Source of the DNA: a virus | UHGV virus genome: UHGV-0277527 | Strand: one strand, 5' to 3' | DNA: 22,536 nt | Part shown: piece by piece, positions 20,185 to 22,536 of the stretch | Layout: every line of letters starts with the position of its first letter | How positions within the stretch are numbered: the first letter of the stretch is position 1 | The notes under the pieces: generated by a model | Databases searched by the model: none | Seen by the model: the letters and a program-made list of their open reading frames with translations, nothing else | What the model was told of the DNA's origin: nothing | Made by a program: the position numbers and the translations under genes

Positions 20185-20359
20185 TCAATCTGTCCTCGCG
20201 CTCTTTGCGCTTGTAGTACCAGTTGATGCCAAATGTGCCGACAGTACAAAGAATACCAATGATGACAGCCCAGTCATTCAGGGAGAGAATGCCACCCATC
20301 GCAGTCAGTCCTCCGAAGCTGTAACTGAACCATTCTCTGATTTTGTCCATACGGTACAT
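20156..20359 (-). CDS. Class II holin / probable pinholin with a dual-start motif
   Basis: 67 aa with two predicted transmembrane segments (Gly/Ala/Ser-rich [17 protein letters not shown], then [20 protein letters not shown]) and a charged C-terminal tail. N-terminus is Met1-Tyr-Arg-Met4. Overlaps the endolysin start by 29 nt. Confidence 0.65.
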   Translation of the reverse strand: MYRMDKIREWFSYSFGGLTAMGGILSLNDWAVIIGILCTVGTFGINWYYKRKEREDRLNGNVTGTTK

Positions 20360-20652
20360 GCTCTACCCCTTCATTGAGGGGATTTGCTCTATTTAATTAG
20401 GAATAAGGTCGATTACTGATAGAACAAATCCAGGCTACTGTGTTTAGTAATCAGATTTGTTCGTGACCGATATGCACGGGCAAAACGGCAGGAGGTTGTT
20501 AGCGCAGCCTCTTGCCACCCGCTTTCACGAAGCCAGCCATTGCGCTGGTTTTCTTTTATGCAAAGCACACCGCACCGTAGCCACAGCGGATAAGGTGATT
20601 ATTTTGGTCTGTCTGGTATTTGGTTTGATGTGCTTTCAGAAAGTCCGTGCTT

Positions 20653-20689
20653 AAAACGCAAAAAGCCCCGAGCTATTAACTCAGGGCTT
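20653..20689 (-). terminator. Rho-independent terminator about 20-55 nt downstream of the pR' start (likely Q antitermination target, tR'-like)
   Basis: Minus strand reads GCCCTGAG-(7-nt loop)-CTCGGGGC, an 8-bp stem with one G-U pair, followed by TTTTTGCGTTTT. Confidence 0.55.
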
Positions 20690-20713
20690 TATTTAACGAG
20701 TGCATTTATCCAT

Positions 20714-20742
20714 CGTTGAGTCAAATTTACCCAATTTTATTC
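20714..20742 (-). promoter_or_regulatory. Late promoter pR' with overlapping qut site (lambda type)
   Basis: Minus strand reads TTGACT-17 bp-TAAATT-TGACTC-AACGATGG, which matches the lambda pR' -35, -10 and initial transcribed sequence as I recall them. Predicted +1 is about 20707. Confidence 0.75.
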
Positions 20743-20794
20743 AATAAGTCAATATCATGCCGTTAATATGTTGCCATCCGTGGCAATCATGCTG

Positions 20795-21418
20795 CTAACG
20801 TGTGACCGCATTCAAAATGTTGTCTGCGATTGACTCTTCCTTGTGGCATTGCACCACCAGAGCGTCATACAGCGGCTTAACAGTGCGTGACCAGGTGGGT
20901 TGAGTAAGGTTTGGGATTAGCATCGTTACAGCGCGATATGCGGCGCTTGCTGGCATTCTTGAATAGCCGACACCTTTGCATCTTCCGCATTCTTTCTCAA
21001 CAACTCTCCCCCACAGCTCTGTTTTTGATATATCAACCGCACGGCCTGTACCGTGGCAATCTCTGCATCTTGCGCCAGGCGTCGCGGCACTACGGCAATA
21101 ATCCGCATAAGCGAATGTTGCGAGCACTTGCAGTACCTTTGCCTTAGTATTTCCTTCAAGCTTTGCCACACCACGGTATTTCCCCGATACCTTGTGTGCA
21201 AATTGCATCAGATAGTTGATAGCCTTTTGTTTGTCGTTCTGGCTGAGTTCGTGCTTACCGCAGAATGCAGCCATACCGAATCCGGCTTGTGATTGCGCCA
21301 TCCCCATAGCAGCCATCACATCAGTACCGGAAAGAGAGTCAGAAGCTGTAGCCCGTGGTGAGTCGCTCATCATCGGGCTTTTTGGCGAATGAAATTTAGC
21401 TACGCTTTCGAGTCTCAT
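20795..21418 (-). CDS. Q: Late gene antiterminator Q (lambda type)
   Basis: 207-aa ORF MRLESVAKFHSPKSPMMSDSPRATASDS...CRDCHGTGRAVDI...ECGRCKGVGY...; essentially identical to lambda Q as I recall it (zinc-binding Cys cluster present). Confidence 0.95.
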   Translation of the reverse strand: MRLESVAKFHSPKSPMMSDSPRATASDSLSGTDVMAAMGMAQSQAGFGMAAFCGKHELSQNDKQKAINYLMQFAHKVSGKYRGVAKLEGNTKAKVLQVLATFAYADYCRSAATPGARCRDCHGTGRAVDISKTELWGRVVEKECGRCKGVGYSRMPASAAYRAVTMLIPNLTQPTWSRTVKPLYDALVVQCHKEESIADNILNAVTR

Positions 21419-21603
21419 CGTCTTCCCCTCTTGCCCTGTTTGACCATCAGGACGCCGTTAACTATTACGTGACGCTCGCCTTTTCTGTCTCGGTTGTACT
21501 TGAGCACTGTTCCTCTTGCGCAGGAAAGCATCCTCGCCACTTCTGTCTGATTGCCTCGTGTCTGGATAAGAAGCTCTGGTATCGTTTGAATTGTGGCGTT
21601 CAT
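21415..21603 (-). CDS. ninH: NinH-like small DNA-binding protein
   Basis: 62 aa, ...TIPELLIQTRGNQTEVARMLSCARGTVLKYNRDRKGERHVIVNGVLMV, resembling lambda NinH. Its stop overlaps the Q start (ATGA). Confidence 0.75.
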   Translation of the reverse strand: MNATIQTIPELLIQTRGNQTEVARMLSCARGTVLKYNRDRKGERHVIVNGVLMVKQGKRGRR

Positions 21604-21962
21604 ACGTTCTCCAGTTCGGTGATTTTTATTCCAAGCCGTCCGCCTGGTACTTTCACACCACGAATTACGCGAATGTCATCGAATTGCTCGTCGTCTTCCG
21701 CAAATCCGGCGTGGATAAGGGAGTCGAGTAAACCTTTCAGGATGTTGTCGAGGTCGCGGCGGCGGGAGTCTGGAACGTCTGCGATGACTTTGATGCGGAG
21801 TCGTGATTTGGTGAAAATGTCTAACTTGAGTTGGCGGATGATTTGCTGAACGTCTTTTCGGTATTTCTGGCCTTTATCGCTGATGTAGTATTGACTCCCC
21901 CGTCTTCGCCAGTAGGTATTCACCGACGGCGGGTATGGAAGCACAAACTGATATTCGTTCAT
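21600..21962 (-). CDS. rusA: Holliday junction resolvase RusA
   Basis: 120 aa, MNEYQFVLPYPPSVNTYWRRRG...DVPDSRRRDLDNILKGLLDSL...GGRLGIKITELE, matching the E. coli RusA family including the catalytic D-x-D-N region. Confidence 0.9.
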   Translation of the reverse strand: MNEYQFVLPYPPSVNTYWRRRGSQYYISDKGQKYRKDVQQIIRQLKLDIFTKSRLRIKVIADVPDSRRRDLDNILKGLLDSLIHAGFAEDDEQFDDIRVIRGVKVPGGRLGIKITELENV

Positions 21963-22237
21963 TGGACAAACACCCTCCCATTGTTAACCAATTTTTTAAG
22001 GGTAAGCACAATGGCCCGATCCATTTCAGCCCTTCGCTCTTCCCTGCTCATATCTCTCCCATTATCAATTCTTGAATGACAATCAACACATAGCGCAGCA
22101 GTAAGGCAATCATCTACTTTAATCCCAACCCCCTTCCCTTCATTTCTGTGAGCGGCCTGAACTCCGTATCTTCCGCAAAGAACGCAAAATTCAATATCCC
22201 TGACTGCCTGAAGCCATTTTTTGCTTCTAAACATCAA
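21959..22237 (-). CDS. DUF1364-like small zinc-binding protein (YbcO-like, putative nuclease) of lambdoid nin regions
   Basis: 92 aa with a CxxC...CxxCH pattern (CVLCG...CVDCH). Sits immediately upstream of rusA with overlapping stop and start; the family assignment is from memory. Confidence 0.55.
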   Translation of the reverse strand: MMFRSKKWLQAVRDIEFCVLCGRYGVQAAHRNEGKGVGIKVDDCLTAALCVDCHSRIDNGRDMSREERRAEMDRAIVLTLKKLVNNGRVFVQ

Positions 22238-22536
22238 CCCCCTCCAAAAAACGTCGGTACGCTGATTTGTTTTTTATGTTGCACACTGTCTGCGCACAAA
22301 CACCAAATTCTTTGGCTATATCTCTGTATTTGCCTTTTGATTTATATATTGATTTCACTTGTTCTGGCGTTAGTTTGCAGAAGTGATGATTAAACCCATG
22401 AACAAGCAATCCGGAATCAAATCCATGTTTCGCATTTTCTGTTCGCGTTACCCACTCAAGATTTTCAACTTTATTATTAAGTTTATTTCCATCCTTGTGA
22501 TTAACTTCCGGTTTGCCATCTGGGTTATCAATAAAT
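22227..22536 (-). CDS. HNH homing endonuclease, 5'-truncated by the window edge (HNH_3 motif plus C-terminal helix-turn-helix)
   Basis: The minus-strand frame is open from the window edge: FIDNPDGKPEVNHKDGNKLNNKVENLEWVTRTENAKHGFDSGLLVHGFNHHFCKLTPEQVKSIYKSKGKYRDIAKEFGVCAQTVCNIKNKSAYRRFLEGVDV*. The track lists only the part from the internal Met (22227-22409). Confidence 0.7.
   Translation of the reverse strand, partial: FIDNPDGKPEVNHKDGNKLNNKVENLEWVTRTENAKHGFDSGLLVHGFNHHFCKLTPEQVKSIYKSKGKYRDIAKEFGVCAQTVCNIKNKSAYRRFLEGVDV

Noticed and set aside
20457-20654. 65-aa plus-strand ORF in the Q-holin interval
   Set aside because: It is antisense to the pR' leader, which carries lambda-like leader sequence and terminator hairpins. 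No RBS; probably non-coding.
1-22536. CRISPR arrays, tRNA or rRNA genes, integrase or att site, transposase or IS element
   Set aside because: No direct-repeat/spacer periodicity, no tRNA-like or rRNA-like sequence, and no recombinase or transposase ORF was seen. The window is filled by the phage late, lysis and immI genes.

Overview
This window reads as the late (morphogenetic) arm of a P22-like temperate podovirus or prophage, with lambdoid mosaic features, oriented so that nearly all genes are on the minus strand. All protein identifications are from my own reading of the translations and recall of P22, lambda and phage 21 proteins; no database search was run. Right to left: a tightly coupled nin-type operon (a 5'-truncated HNH endonuclease, a DUF1364-like zinc protein, RusA, NinH, and a Q antiterminator that looks essentially like lambda Q), then lambda-type pR'/qut with a close terminator, then a phage-21-type lysis cassette (pinholin, SAR endolysin, Rz with embedded Rz1). 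Next come a Rha-like regulator, a small ORF, and a P22-type headful packaging and head module (terminase small subunit with a pac-like site, terminase large subunit, portal, scaffold, coat, gp4, gp10, tail needle, gp14, ejection proteins gp7/gp20/gp16). The left end holds the P22 immI region (mnt, arc, ant with recognisable Mnt and Arc operators), a free-standing HNH-AP2 endonuclease, and the N-terminal part of a tailspike gene that runs off the window. The most likely home for something undescribed is the AT-rich two-gene accessory locus at 2922-3848, which sits where P22 carries sieA and encodes a predicted lipoprotein and a secreted protein with no family I recognise. No tRNA, rRNA, CRISPR array, integrase or att site was seen.
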